Below are positions 1 through 8,723 of a stretch of DNA of 64,000 nt, piece after piece. The notes beneath the pieces were generated by a model. It had not been told where the DNA came from, did not search any database, and saw only the letters and a program-made list of their open reading frames with translations. A program made the position numbers and the translations under genes. Within the stretch, counting starts at the first letter, position 1. Each line of letters starts with the position of its first letter. The DNA is from Bdellovibrionales bacterium (lineage in GTDB: Bacteria > Bdellovibrionota > Bdellovibrionia > Bdellovibrionales > UBA1609): the NCBI GenBank assembly GCA_965199825.1, contig OZ241329.1:576001-640000 (forward strand), given 5' to 3'.

Positions 1-436
1 TCTGCACGCGTTCGGTCGTGCCCACGCTGCAGTACCTTGATTTTTCCTTCAGCGCTTTTTCAGGATGAGCCTTTGCGATTTCTTTTTCAAGTTGGCGCTT
101 TGTGCCTTTGGCAATATCGATCCACGTTGGCGCATTTTCTTCAGTGATCACCGAAACCAATCGATTGGCTTTGGAAGCCGAAAGCTCACCGAGTTCCATT
201 TCTTTTTTGAGTTGTGGCACTTCGGTAAATTTCTTGGCGATCTTATTGTAGATGCTTGCAAGCTCTTCAGACAATTTAAGTTGAGTTGTTGAATATTCAA
301 ACAATGAGCGACAGCCAAATTGATAATAACTTTTGTTGATCCAAACTTGCTCTAAGGCTTTTAGCAATTCGATTTCGGCTTTGCGATGAGAATCTGCGGC
401 GCGGACCGCATTCTTGTGAAGAGTGAGATGATCTAT
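1..436 (-). CDS. DUF222-like/HNH endonuclease family protein, N-terminal part (runs off the window; paralog of 62518..63324)
   Basis: Not in the ORF track. Manual translation gives IDHLTLHKNAVRAADSHRKAEIELLKALEQVWINKSYYQFGCRSLFEYSTTQLKLSEELASIYNKIAKKFTEVPQLK...KAHPEKA, which aligns without gaps to 62518..63324. An AGGAG RBS precedes an ATA codon at 436; an in-frame ATG lies at 469. Confidence 0.85.
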   Translation of the reverse strand, partial: MDHLTLHKNAVRAADSHRKAEIELLKALEQVWINKSYYQFGCRSLFEYSTTQLKLSEELASIYNKIAKKFTEVPQLKKEMELGELSASKANRLVSVITEENAPTWIDIAKGTKRQLEKEIAKAHPEKALKEKSRYCSVGTTERVQ

Positions 437-457
437 AAATGACTCCTGTTTAGAGTA

Positions 458-466
458 GAAGTGTAA
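458..466 (-). promoter_or_regulatory. Extended -10 promoter (TGnTACACT) of HNH paralog 1
   Basis: TGTTACACT upstream of the RBS; the other paralog has TGTTATATT at the equivalent position. Confidence 0.5.
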
Positions 467-664
467 CATGGGTTTTTAAAATTACGATTTGAGGTAGGCA
501 TGATCGAAATTAGGGGTAGCGATTTTTGACCGTTCTATCGTTGATAGCGGCCTCTGGACTCACAAGAATAACAAAAAACCTTCAGCGTATGTTCAAAGCC
601 AAACACAGTCTAAAATTACCGCCAAAAATTCACGTCAATATTTATTTTGAAAAAGTCTAATTTG

Positions 665-810
665 ATTTTGGGCACGATCGCGATAGATAGTCTAAGATAA
701 CCATTCTGCCATCAGTTCCCATCAATCAAAATTCACCGTAGTTCCGGGCACAATCGCGAATTATGAATCATAAATTCAATCGAGATCCACTTGTATTTTG
801 GGCACGATGA
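665..810 (+). repeat. Cluster of three GGGCAC(G/A)AT REP-like repeats
   Basis: GGGCACGATCGCGA at 670, GGGCACAATCGCGA at 746, GGGCACGATG at 800; copies 1 and 3 are preceded by ATTTT. Confidence 0.75.
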
Positions 811-850
811 TTCTCTCAACAAAACGCCTCGTCAAAATATACCATCGTTT

Positions 851-927
851 ACCCCATCCCCAACGATCCCAACGACCCCAACGACCCCATCCCCAACGAT
901 CCCAACGACCCCAACGACCCCAACGAC
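851..927 (+). repeat. C-rich tandem repeat: two exact 33-bp units built from CCCAACGA(C/T) 9-mers
   Basis: ACCCCATCCCCAACGATCCCAACGACCCCAACG at 851-883 and 884-916, followed by a further 9-mer. Confidence 0.9.
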
Positions 928-1010
928 TCCACAACCCCCCAACCCCGCCGCCCAATTCTTCAACACCCCACAAACTTATCGACACTTCTCCCGTCTATTC
1001 AACAATAGGC

Positions 1011-1026
1011 TGGCGCTGATCTTGCT
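1011..1026 (+). promoter_or_regulatory. sigma54 (-24/-12) promoter
   Basis: TGGCGCTGATCTTGCT (GG-N10-GC); predicted TSS coincides with ATG 1038. Confidence 0.6.
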
Positions 1027-1037
1027 CAACTCAAGGT

Positions 1038-1613
1038 ATGAGTCACTGCACCACCAGCCTTAAAATGCGTTTGTTTCAAATTAAGGCGATTCTAACCGGT
1101 TTGACCCTTGGCTTTTGTTGCCATGGTGAAGAGCCCTATGCCTATTTGCGCTCAACCAACGATGGGCAAATGGAAATCAATTTGGAGCGCGTTGAGGCTG
1201 CAAGCAGTCGCAATTCAGATCAGTGGATCAAGGGCTATCTTCCCGTCAACGTCACCGCTCGCGACAGTCAATCCCAAGTGACCCAAAAATTTTTGAGTCG
1301 AGGCTTTGAGCAATTTGAAAAAACCCATAAGGAAGAGTTTGCCGCAACAATTCAAACCATAAAGGCCGTCAATCAGACCTCATCCTCAGGCTTATTAGGA
1401 ACTAATGTTCGTTTTGAATTTATGGCTCTTCAAGGTAAAGGGACCTTTGTGCACGATGGTATCGTTCGCACAGCTGTGAGTTTTCAAACTGCTGGGAGCA
1501 CCTCGCAACTTGAATTTAGCAAATACATTATGCCGCATACAAAAGTGAGTTTTATCCAATCTTCAAACTCACTCCAGACACTTTCAAAAATGACTTTGGC
1601 TTACGATTTTTGA
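1038..1613 (+). CDS. Hypothetical exported protein, possibly outer-membrane beta-rich
   Basis: 191-aa ORF with an N-terminal hydrophobic segment and a C-terminal alternating strand ending in Phe (TLAYDF); alternative start at 1065. Confidence 0.65.
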   Translation: MSHCTTSLKMRLFQIKAILTGLTLGFCCHGEEPYAYLRSTNDGQMEINLERVEAASSRNSDQWIKGYLPVNVTARDSQSQVTQKFLSRGFEQFEKTHKEEFAATIQTIKAVNQTSSSGLLGTNVRFEFMALQGKGTFVHDGIVRTAVSFQTAGSTSQLEFSKYIMPHTKVSFIQSSNSLQTLSKMTLAYDF

Positions 1614-1680
1614 TCAATTCCGTTTTTTGACAAAAGTGCCATTCTTCGTCACCCCATATGCAATAAGAATCAAAAGCGCG

Positions 1681-1696
1681 TGGCGACCTCATTGCA
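1681..1696 (+). promoter_or_regulatory. sigma54 (-24/-12) promoter
   Basis: TGGCGACCTCATTGCA, 12 nt before ATG 1709. Confidence 0.6.
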
Positions 1697-1708
1697 ATCA
1701 AATCAGTC

Positions 1709-2323
1709 ATGATTAAAACAATTCTATTATCGGCTCTTCTGGCGACAACCGCACATGCTGTGGAATCAACAACAACTGTTTACCAACAAGAGACTGTCGC
1801 AATAAAGAAAAATATTTTTGTTCTCGATTTGCTGCCTCTCGCACTCAAAGGGGTGGGACTTTCTTATCAAAGAGAAATCACACCTCAGTGGACTCTTGGT
1901 GCATTTGTAAGCTCTTTTGCTTTAAAGACATCAGATGAACAAAGCATGATTCTCAAATCTGAATTTCAAGAAACAATGTATGGGGGACGCGCGCAGTATT
2001 TTTATACCGGCAATGCTCATAACGGTGGATTTTACGCCACTGGCAGTTTGGGTTTAACCACCGCGAAGCAAAGCGCTACTTACTTTTCAATTCAAGGAGC
2101 TCCAACAACAGTTACCGACTTTTTGTATCGCGTAGGAACAGGCTACCAAGGCCGGCTAAGTGAAATCTCGGACAGCATCGATCTCACTTGGAATATTGGG
2201 GCGATGTATGGTCATGGCTACGAATATAAAACTCAAGTGAGCTATTCGAATGGTAATCCAAACAATGACTTTAATCTGCGTGACGGACTATTTTTTGAAT
2301 TGGGATTAGGCCTACTTTTTTAA
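1709..2323 (+). CDS. Outer-membrane beta-barrel protein (DUF3575-like)
   Basis: Signal peptide (TTAHA), amphipathic beta strands, C-terminal ELGLGLLF. Confidence 0.7.
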   Translation: MIKTILLSALLATTAHAVESTTTVYQQETVAIKKNIFVLDLLPLALKGVGLSYQREITPQWTLGAFVSSFALKTSDEQSMILKSEFQETMYGGRAQYFYTGNAHNGGFYATGSLGLTTAKQSATYFSIQGAPTTVTDFLYRVGTGYQGRLSEISDSIDLTWNIGAMYGHGYEYKTQVSYSNGNPNNDFNLRDGLFFELGLGLLF

Positions 2324-3547
2324 TTTGCCGATATCCGTTCGCATCTGACACCCCGGCCAGCTTGCCATTTGTGAACGATGGTAGGCCTGCTCTAGAGCTT
2401 CGCCCACATTCAAACCCAATCCGATTGCATTCAAGACCCTTCCTCCTGCAACCACATATTTGCCATTTTTTAATGATGTGCCCGCGTGAAGCCAATAATT
2501 TTTTGGCTCTTCAGAAATAAAGTCGCCATCAATCTCTACGTCTTTAATTGGATGATCCGGATAGCCCTTGGCCGCCAATACCACACACGCAGAAGCCTCA
2601 TTTTTCCATTTTAAAGGTTTGATAATTCCACTGGCCACATCCAAAAAAACCTGACCCCAATCTCCTTCGAGCAAAGGTAAAATCACCTGAGTTTCTGGAT
2701 CGCCAAAACGCACATTGTATTCAAGAACACTCGGGCCATGATCGGTGATCATCAAACCCAAAAATAAAACTCCATTATAAATTTCACCATTTTTGGCGAG
2801 CTGATCCACAGTTGGCTTTAATATTTTTTGATGAATCTGATTTTCAAGATCACGATCAATGGCGATTGGAGCAACCGTTCCCATCCCCCCGGTATTTAGA
2901 CCCTGATCGCCATTGCTTAGGCGTTTGTGATCTTGAGCCAAAGGCAAGGATTCATAACTGTGACCATTAGTTAAGATCAGATAACTTAATTCATATCCAG
3001 CTTGATGCTGCTCAAGCAAAGCCCGAGCACCTGCTGGCCCAAGTATTTTTTGATCAAACAATTGCTCTGCAGCCTTAATCAGACTTTGTTTATCTGGTAA
3101 AATAAAAACACCTTTACCAGCAGCAAGTCCATCGGCTTTAAGAACATAAGGTGGTGTAAATAAATCCAATTTATCTAAAATATCCGCTGTACTTTGCACA
3201 ACCTCAAAATAAGCGGTGGGCACCTGCGCTCGAAGCATAAATTGTTTTGCCACGATTTTGCTTGCCTCAAGCTCGGCCAGTTTTTGGTTTGGTCCAAAAA
3301 CTTTTAGGCCACAAGACCGCAACTGATCGGCAAGGCCATCGGCCAAAGGATTTTCGGGGCCAATGACTACGCAATCCACATTGAGTGATTTTATCTTTTC
3401 CACATAAAGCGAGCTTTCAAGATTTAGAAAGCACTCGGCCTCTTGAGCCATCCCTGCATTACCCGGAAACACAAATATTTGATGAGCTGAGAGGGCTCGC
3501 ACAATCGCATGTTCTCGGCCCCCAGAGCCAATTATCGCAAATTTCAT
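2312..3547 (-). CDS. purD: Phosphoribosylamine--glycine ligase
   Basis: GSGGREHA, VLKADGLAAGKGV, QDHKR, NTGGMG and EYNVRFGDPETQ motifs. Confidence 0.97.
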   Translation of the reverse strand: MKFAIIGSGGREHAIVRALSAHQIFVFPGNAGMAQEAECFLNLESSLYVEKIKSLNVDCVVIGPENPLADGLADQLRSCGLKVFGPNQKLAELEASKIVAKQFMLRAQVPTAYFEVVQSTADILDKLDLFTPPYVLKADGLAAGKGVFILPDKQSLIKAAEQLFDQKILGPAGARALLEQHQAGYELSYLILTNGHSYESLPLAQDHKRLSNGDQGLNTGGMGTVAPIAIDRDLENQIHQKILKPTVDQLAKNGEIYNGVLFLGLMITDHGPSVLEYNVRFGDPETQVILPLLEGDWGQVFLDVASGIIKPLKWKNEASACVVLAAKGYPDHPIKDVEIDGDFISEEPKNYWLHAGTSLKNGKYVVAGGRVLNAIGLGLNVGEALEQAYHRSQMASWPGCQMRTDIGKLKK

Positions 3548-3553
3548 GGGCTC

Positions 3554-3611
3554 AAACTAAAAGCGTCATTCAGGCATGTCAATTGACCTCGTCTAAAGAT
3601 GACCGTACGCT
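3554..3611. promoter_or_regulatory. Back-to-back divergent sigma70 promoters, both leaderless
   Basis: Minus strand: TTGACA-N17-TAGTTT-N6-ATG (purD). Plus strand: TTGACC-N17-TACGCT-N6-ATG (3618). The two -35 boxes abut as TGTCAATTGACC. Confidence 0.65.
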
Positions 3612-3617
3612 TTTGTA

Positions 3618-4367
3618 ATGGCTCAAGAATCTTCGCTAAAATTAAGTGATAAAACTATCGTCATTTCGGCTCCCTTTACCAATCTCACTTGCGCAATTAT
3701 GACAACTCTCACCGGTCACGGTGCGGACTGCGCCCTGATTACCGAAAAGGCAAACGAGGCTCGGCATTTTTGCGAAAATTTATCTGACTCTCGCGAGATC
3801 AACGAAAACCACGGTCGCGCCATGGCCATCGAGGCCCAAAATGCTGACCAGGTGATCGAAGGCATGTCCCGGAGTGCCGAGGCCTTTGGTGGGCTAGATG
3901 TCTTTATTGATGGCCACTTTATTTTTCCAAGTGGACGCTTTCAGGATTTTAATATGCTCGAAGAGGGCCGCCAATTGATCGAGCGCTCTCTATTTTCGAG
4001 TATGGCAACCGCACAAAATGCACTTAAATTTTTAGAAGGGCGCACCAAGGGACGTTTGATCTTTTTGGTTCCTGATCAAACTCAACTTCCAGGTGAGAGC
4101 TTATCGGCTTGCCTGCGCTCGGGCCTCAAAAGTTTTGTCGAAATTTTGAATCAAGAATTGAGCAGCAAACATGTGCAGGCCCATTGCTTGTCGGTAGGAC
4201 TAACCGAAGAATATTTGATCAAAAAATTTCCTAAATCCCCAAGCGTAAAGCTTGCACTCGAAGAATTTAAAAAAATCGACCCCAGTGCAAAATTGCAAGA
4301 GCCCACCGATATTGCCAATGCGCTGGCATTTTTATCGAGCCCGTTGAGCCAAGGCTTTCACTTTTAA
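3618..4367 (+). CDS. SDR-family oxidoreductase-like protein (degenerate motifs)
   Basis: LSDKTIVIS start, FGGLDVFI, EPTDIANALAFLSS C-terminus; lacks TGxxxGxG and YxxxK. Confidence 0.7.
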   Translation: MAQESSLKLSDKTIVISAPFTNLTCAIMTTLTGHGADCALITEKANEARHFCENLSDSREINENHGRAMAIEAQNADQVIEGMSRSAEAFGGLDVFIDGHFIFPSGRFQDFNMLEEGRQLIERSLFSSMATAQNALKFLEGRTKGRLIFLVPDQTQLPGESLSACLRSGLKSFVEILNQELSSKHVQAHCLSVGLTEEYLIKKFPKSPSVKLALEEFKKIDPSAKLQEPTDIANALAFLSSPLSQGFHF

Positions 4368-4768
4368 TCTAAAAAATATTCTTTTTCATTCGACGCTGGA
4401 ACTCGGCACGTTTCAAGCTGACCAAAAATGCTGTAGCGGTTTGAAGCCACCGAATCGTAAAACTTGATCTGTAAAAATGGCGGCACAAATTGAGCCGCCT
4501 GAGCGAGCAGTCCGCTCAATCCACCAAGGCGTTTTAAAATTTCTCTAGCCGCCTCGGCTTTGATCAAAATTTGACCCTGATCATAAAAAACAACGGTCGA
4601 AAGATCTTTGATCAAAGCGGGATCCAAATGTTTTTTTGCGGCTTCACCTTGAAGGGGTGCAAATAAAAATTGGTGATCACGGTCTCGATTAAAAACATAG
4701 CTCACAAAGTGATCACACAACCCGCAGACCCCATCAAAAAAAATGATTGGCTTAGAGTTTTTTGTCAG
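4364..4768 (-). CDS. DCC-family thiol-disulfide oxidoreductase (DUF393)
   Basis: Reading frame extends upstream of the ORF call to give PIIFFDGVCGLC; also FAPLQG and YDSVASNRYSIFG; start uncertain (CTG 4768 or TTG 4720). Confidence 0.85.
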   Translation of the reverse strand: MTKNSKPIIFFDGVCGLCDHFVSYVFNRDRDHQFLFAPLQGEAAKKHLDPALIKDLSTVVFYDQGQILIKAEAAREILKRLGGLSGLLAQAAQFVPPFLQIKFYDSVASNRYSIFGQLETCRVPASNEKEYFLD

Positions 4769-6068
4769 AAAAAATCTTTTCGGCTAAGGTAAACTGTTCT
4801 GGTTTAACATAGAGTCGATCAATCCGGCGAATCTGCTCATAGTTTTTAAAAATTTCGGTGCTTTTTTGAATCGGATAGGGTTTTGCTCTTGGATCATATT
4901 GATCAACCACAAAGATTTCGATCGATCGCTCCTCTGGGGTGGGCGTGTGGTACTTACTTAATCGCGCCATGGAGCTTGCCAAAACCACATCAACACCTTC
5001 GCCCTCCAAGATTTTGCAAGCCTCCTCGGAGCGATCGCTTTCTTTGAGCGAGTGGAGTTCAAACAGCATGCGGTAAGGCTGGCGATCGGCAATGCGCTTG
5101 GCCCATTCATTCGATTGATGGCTTAAGTGTTCATACAAAGCATAATCGGTGCAGTGGATGTACTCTTCAATATTTGAAGGTAGTCGAAATTGACAATCGG
5201 GAGAAGCAAGATATCTGGTTAAAAGCTCTTCATAAATAATACTTTTATGATGGAAATAAACCATCAAGTGCATGTGATGACGAGACAACAAAAAATCATC
5301 AAAAGTATATAGAGCTCTGCGGTTGAGTGCGAGATGAAGATCACTCCCCACCTGGTGGGTCGTCATATTGGCAATCAACCAATCAAGTTCGACACGCCCA
5401 TAATTTGTTCCGCAAAAATAAGCATCGCGTTCGAGATAGTCCATGCGGTCGACATCCATTTCGGATGAAACAATTTGCGACAACACATTTCGAAAATTGA
5501 TTGATTGATGCTCAAAAAAATCATCAGGACACAAAAGAGTTTTGTCGATTAAGCACGCGATATGCAGTGGTGAAATATCAGGAAAATTTGTTTTGAGGGT
5601 TTGGGTGAGCGACGATTCGGTAATAAATTTGATGGTGTAATCTTCATGATTGGCCCGACGTTGAAGCGTGTCGTTGGGTACCACAAATTTCAAATCCATT
5701 CTTCGATTTTTGTAAGCATTGACGTTGAGATCCGAAAGCATGGGCATCACATCTTCGGTGGTATGGCTCAGTGGCCCGTGACCAATATCGTGGAGTAAAG
5801 CCGCAAGTCGAACCGCTTGCCTCATTCGCGCTTTAAAATGAACATCGGCAAATGGATAATTTTTAAAGATCGAGTCAAAAGCCTTACCAGCCAGGTGGCA
5901 AACCCCAATGGAATGCAAATACCGATTGTGTGTGGCACCGGGATAACTAAACTCAGAAAATCCAAGTTGTTTAATCGCACGTAGGCGCTGATAGGGCTTG
6001 GAATCCAGGATGGCCACCTCGCCATCGGACACATCAATTGCACTATGAACAGGGTCACGAATATCCAT
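4752..6068 (-). CDS. HD-domain phosphohydrolase (SAMHD1/dNTPase-like)
   Basis: [53 protein letters not shown]. Confidence 0.93.
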   Translation of the reverse strand: MDIRDPVHSAIDVSDGEVAILDSKPYQRLRAIKQLGFSEFSYPGATHNRYLHSIGVCHLAGKAFDSIFKNYPFADVHFKARMRQAVRLAALLHDIGHGPLSHTTEDVMPMLSDLNVNAYKNRRMDLKFVVPNDTLQRRANHEDYTIKFITESSLTQTLKTNFPDISPLHIACLIDKTLLCPDDFFEHQSINFRNVLSQIVSSEMDVDRMDYLERDAYFCGTNYGRVELDWLIANMTTHQVGSDLHLALNRRALYTFDDFLLSRHHMHLMVYFHHKSIIYEELLTRYLASPDCQFRLPSNIEEYIHCTDYALYEHLSHQSNEWAKRIADRQPYRMLFELHSLKESDRSEEACKILEGEGVDVVLASSMARLSKYHTPTPEERSIEIFVVDQYDPRAKPYPIQKSTEIFKNYEQIRRIDRLYVKPEQFTLAEKIFSDKKL

Positions 6069-6105
6069 TTGTTCTCACCTTACTTTAAGTGCTAACTTTT
6101 CAAAA

Positions 6106-6900
6106 ATGAAAATCTACCATCAACTTCTTGAACACATCTTAGAATGTGGTGTTAAAAAAGAAGATCGCACCGGCACCGGCACGTTGAGTGTTTTTGGATA
6201 TCAAATGCGTTTTGATCTTTCGAAAGGCTTTCCACTGGTCACCACAAAAAAATGTCATATGCGCTCAATTGTGCACGAGCTTCTGTGGTTTTTAAAGGGC
6301 GACACCAATATTCAGTACCTAAAAGAAAATAAAGTTTCGATCTGGGATGAGTGGGCCGATCAAGACGGAAACCTTGGCCGAGTTTATGGAGCTCAGTGGC
6401 GTTCGTGGCAAACCGCCAACGGCCAATCGATCGATCAAATATCCAAAGTCATCGAGCAAATAAAAAACCAACCCGATTCAAGACGCCTATTGGTGGTGGC
6501 ATTTAATCCAGGCGAAGTTGACCAGATGGCTCTTCCTCCTTGCCACGCCTTTTTCCAGTTTTACGTGGCTCAAGGAAAACTCTCCTGCCAAATGTATCAA
6601 CGAAGTGCCGATGTCTTCTTAGGAGTTCCTTTTAATATTGCAAGCTATGCTCTTCTCACCATGATGATCGCCCAAGTTTGTGGTCTCGAGGCTGGAGATT
6701 TTATCCACACTCTAGGTGATGCGCACCTCTACTCCAATCATATGGAGCAAGCTCAACTACAACTCAGTCGCGAGCTTCGCCCACTCCCCCAAATGAAGAT
6801 TAACCCAGAAGTAAAAAACATTTTTGAATTTAAGTACGAAGATTTTGAATTGGTGGGTTACGATCCACACCCGGCAATTAAAGCCCCTGTGGCGATCTAA
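6106..6900 (+). CDS. thyA: Thymidylate synthase
   Basis: [38 protein letters not shown]. Confidence 0.98.
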   Translation: MKIYHQLLEHILECGVKKEDRTGTGTLSVFGYQMRFDLSKGFPLVTTKKCHMRSIVHELLWFLKGDTNIQYLKENKVSIWDEWADQDGNLGRVYGAQWRSWQTANGQSIDQISKVIEQIKNQPDSRRLLVVAFNPGEVDQMALPPCHAFFQFYVAQGKLSCQMYQRSADVFLGVPFNIASYALLTMMIAQVCGLEAGDFIHTLGDAHLYSNHMEQAQLQLSRELRPLPQMKINPEVKNIFEFKYEDFELVGYDPHPAIKAPVAI

Positions 6901-7453
6901 ACAAAAGAACTTTGCATTTTTCAGTCCGCACATCAATCACGTGATCGATGGTAGATCGGGTCGGGCCATCAAGCTGATCCATCAAATTTGAGTGATCGAG
7001 GACGATCAGGATCGATGCTTCAGACATATTCTCTTTTAATCTGGTAACCCAATGGGCTTCGTAAGGGCTTGGGATTTCATCATAAAAAATAATCTTGTTG
7101 TTCATGCTCTCGACCATGAGCTCAAAGTAATTTACTGCTGACACGGCTTGATTTATTAACCAGCCCCAGCTGTCCCCTGTTTCGGAGGTGAGCATTTTCA
7201 AAAACTGCCCAACCGCATAACGGTTGTTTTCGTTTTTATTAGCTGCAATCCAAATCAATTCGGGTTCAATCTTCTCCGCTTCGCCAATATCTCTAAGGCG
7301 TTGATGGAGTTGTAAAACAATGTCGACCTGATTTTTGTATTGTTCAGCAGGTTGATGGACCATTGCGAGATCATCAAAAAGTTCATTCAAATTGATTGGC
7401 ATCGCACTGCCAATTTGAATAAATAAAATAAGTTGGATAAATATAAGAATCAA
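6878..7453 (-). CDS. Hypothetical exported protein
   Basis: 191-aa ORF with a hydrophobic signal-like N-terminus; no family recognised. Confidence 0.6.
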   Translation of the reverse strand: MILIFIQLILFIQIGSAMPINLNELFDDLAMVHQPAEQYKNQVDIVLQLHQRLRDIGEAEKIEPELIWIAANKNENNRYAVGQFLKMLTSETGDSWGWLINQAVSAVNYFELMVESMNNKIIFYDEIPSPYEAHWVTRLKENMSEASILIVLDHSNLMDQLDGPTRSTIDHVIDVRTEKCKVLLFRSPQGL

Positions 7454-7465
7454 AAGGAACTCGAC

Positions 7466-7990
7466 TTAAACGCGGCGACTCAACATCGCCTTGGCTTGCA
7501 CCTTTGATTTTTTAATTCCTTCAAGCTCATTGATTTGCTGAAAATCTTTTTCGCCCAAGGTCCCGCGGCTCACAATCGTACGTGTAAAGGGACGATGATC
7601 CCAAAACTTTTCGCGCTTTTGACCCGACCGTGTCCATCGATTTTTACCGGCGATCGCCATCGCGATTGCACTAGTCACCGCACGAATAAAAGGAGTATAG
7701 TTCGAGCTTTTTTTGATCTGAACATGAAAGTGGAGATGGTTACCAACATTGACCAAAGATTTAATTTTGATTCCGTAGCGATCAGAAAACTTCGCTACAA
7801 TGAGCTCGATCGCCTCTTTATTCTTTTTGCGTAAGAAGGACATGTCGCCAGTTGCGCGCGACGATCGCAGCACAAGGTGCATCGCATTTTTAGTATCAAC
7901 AGGACGTGGCTTAAGACGACCCTTGCGGCTTTTAAAAAGTTCGCCCCCGTAAGCGCGTTCTTTTGTTTTATATAAAGTTTTTTGTTCCAT
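7466..7990 (-). CDS. Y1 (IS200/RAYT-like) HUH transposase homolog, catalytic Tyr apparently replaced by Phe
   Basis: MHLVLRS, NVGNHLHF (HUH), KFWDHRPFTR, then KDFQQIN where the paralog has DYIIAN; start set at ATG 7990 by alignment to the paralog (ORF track 8041). Confidence 0.8.
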   Translation of the reverse strand: MEQKTLYKTKERAYGGELFKSRKGRLKPRPVDTKNAMHLVLRSSRATGDMSFLRKKNKEAIELIVAKFSDRYGIKIKSLVNVGNHLHFHVQIKKSSNYTPFIRAVTSAIAMAIAGKNRWTRSGQKREKFWDHRPFTRTIVSRGTLGEKDFQQINELEGIKKSKVQAKAMLSRRV

Positions 7991-8076
7991 CGCGAGCGAA
8001 GGTATAGGAGCGGCTTTGCGAACGCAAACCTTTTTCTCCACTCGACAAGTTTTCTTTAGTGAGCTAATTCAAACCA

Positions 8077-8568
8077 ATGATTCTTTCTCACATGGTCGCA
8101 GCATCACGTAATAATGTTATAGGTAAAGATAACGATCTTCCATGGCATATTCCCGAAGATCTGCGCTACTTTCGTGAAAAGACAAAACACAAAGCATTGA
8201 TCATGGGTCGCAAAACCTTTGATTCGGTTGAGCACCCACTGCCACATCGATTGAATGTGGTCATCACCCGAAATCAAAACTACAAACCCGATGGATGCCA
8301 TTGCGTACAAAATTTGGATCAAGCGATTTCAATTTGTAAAAATCAAATTTCAAAATACGGCGAAGAAATTTTTATTATCGGCGGCGGCCAAATTTTTCGC
8401 GAAACGATTGATCTTGTCGATCGAATTTATTTAACTCGCATCCATCGCGATTATGACGGCGATATTTTTTATCCTGAATTTGACGAATCAAAATTTACGC
8501 TCGTTAGTCGAGTCGACCGGACCGAACCCGAGCCCTTCTCGTTCCTGGTGTATCACCGCCGCATTTGA
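8077..8568 (+). CDS. folA: Dihydrofolate reductase
   Basis: VIGKDNDLPWHIPEDL, IMGRKT, LPHRLNVVITR, IIGGGQIF. Confidence 0.97.
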   Translation: MILSHMVAASRNNVIGKDNDLPWHIPEDLRYFREKTKHKALIMGRKTFDSVEHPLPHRLNVVITRNQNYKPDGCHCVQNLDQAISICKNQISKYGEEIFIIGGGQIFRETIDLVDRIYLTRIHRDYDGDIFYPEFDESKFTLVSRVDRTEPEPFSFLVYHRRI

Positions 8569-8723
8569 GGACTTGAGATAAGTAAAACTTAAGTCCGGTA
8601 TAAATAATGAGCGCATTGTCAATTACAAAAGCTTCACAGGTTCTTCAAACTAGTTCCATGATGGTGCTTTATCTTGATAAAAGAAGTAAGACTTCTTAAC
8701 AACAAATTCAGTAGGAGAGGCGA

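Noticed and set aside
611..640. TTGACG in the conserved HNH upstream island as a sigma70 -35 box
   Set aside because: Spacing to candidate -10 boxes is 14, 15 or 20 nt and inconsistent between the two copies; kept only as a conserved motif
776..1063. ORFs 776..985, 791..1063 and 798..1019
   Set aside because: They are products of the stop-free 9-mer repeat in several frames, with low-complexity translations and no RBS
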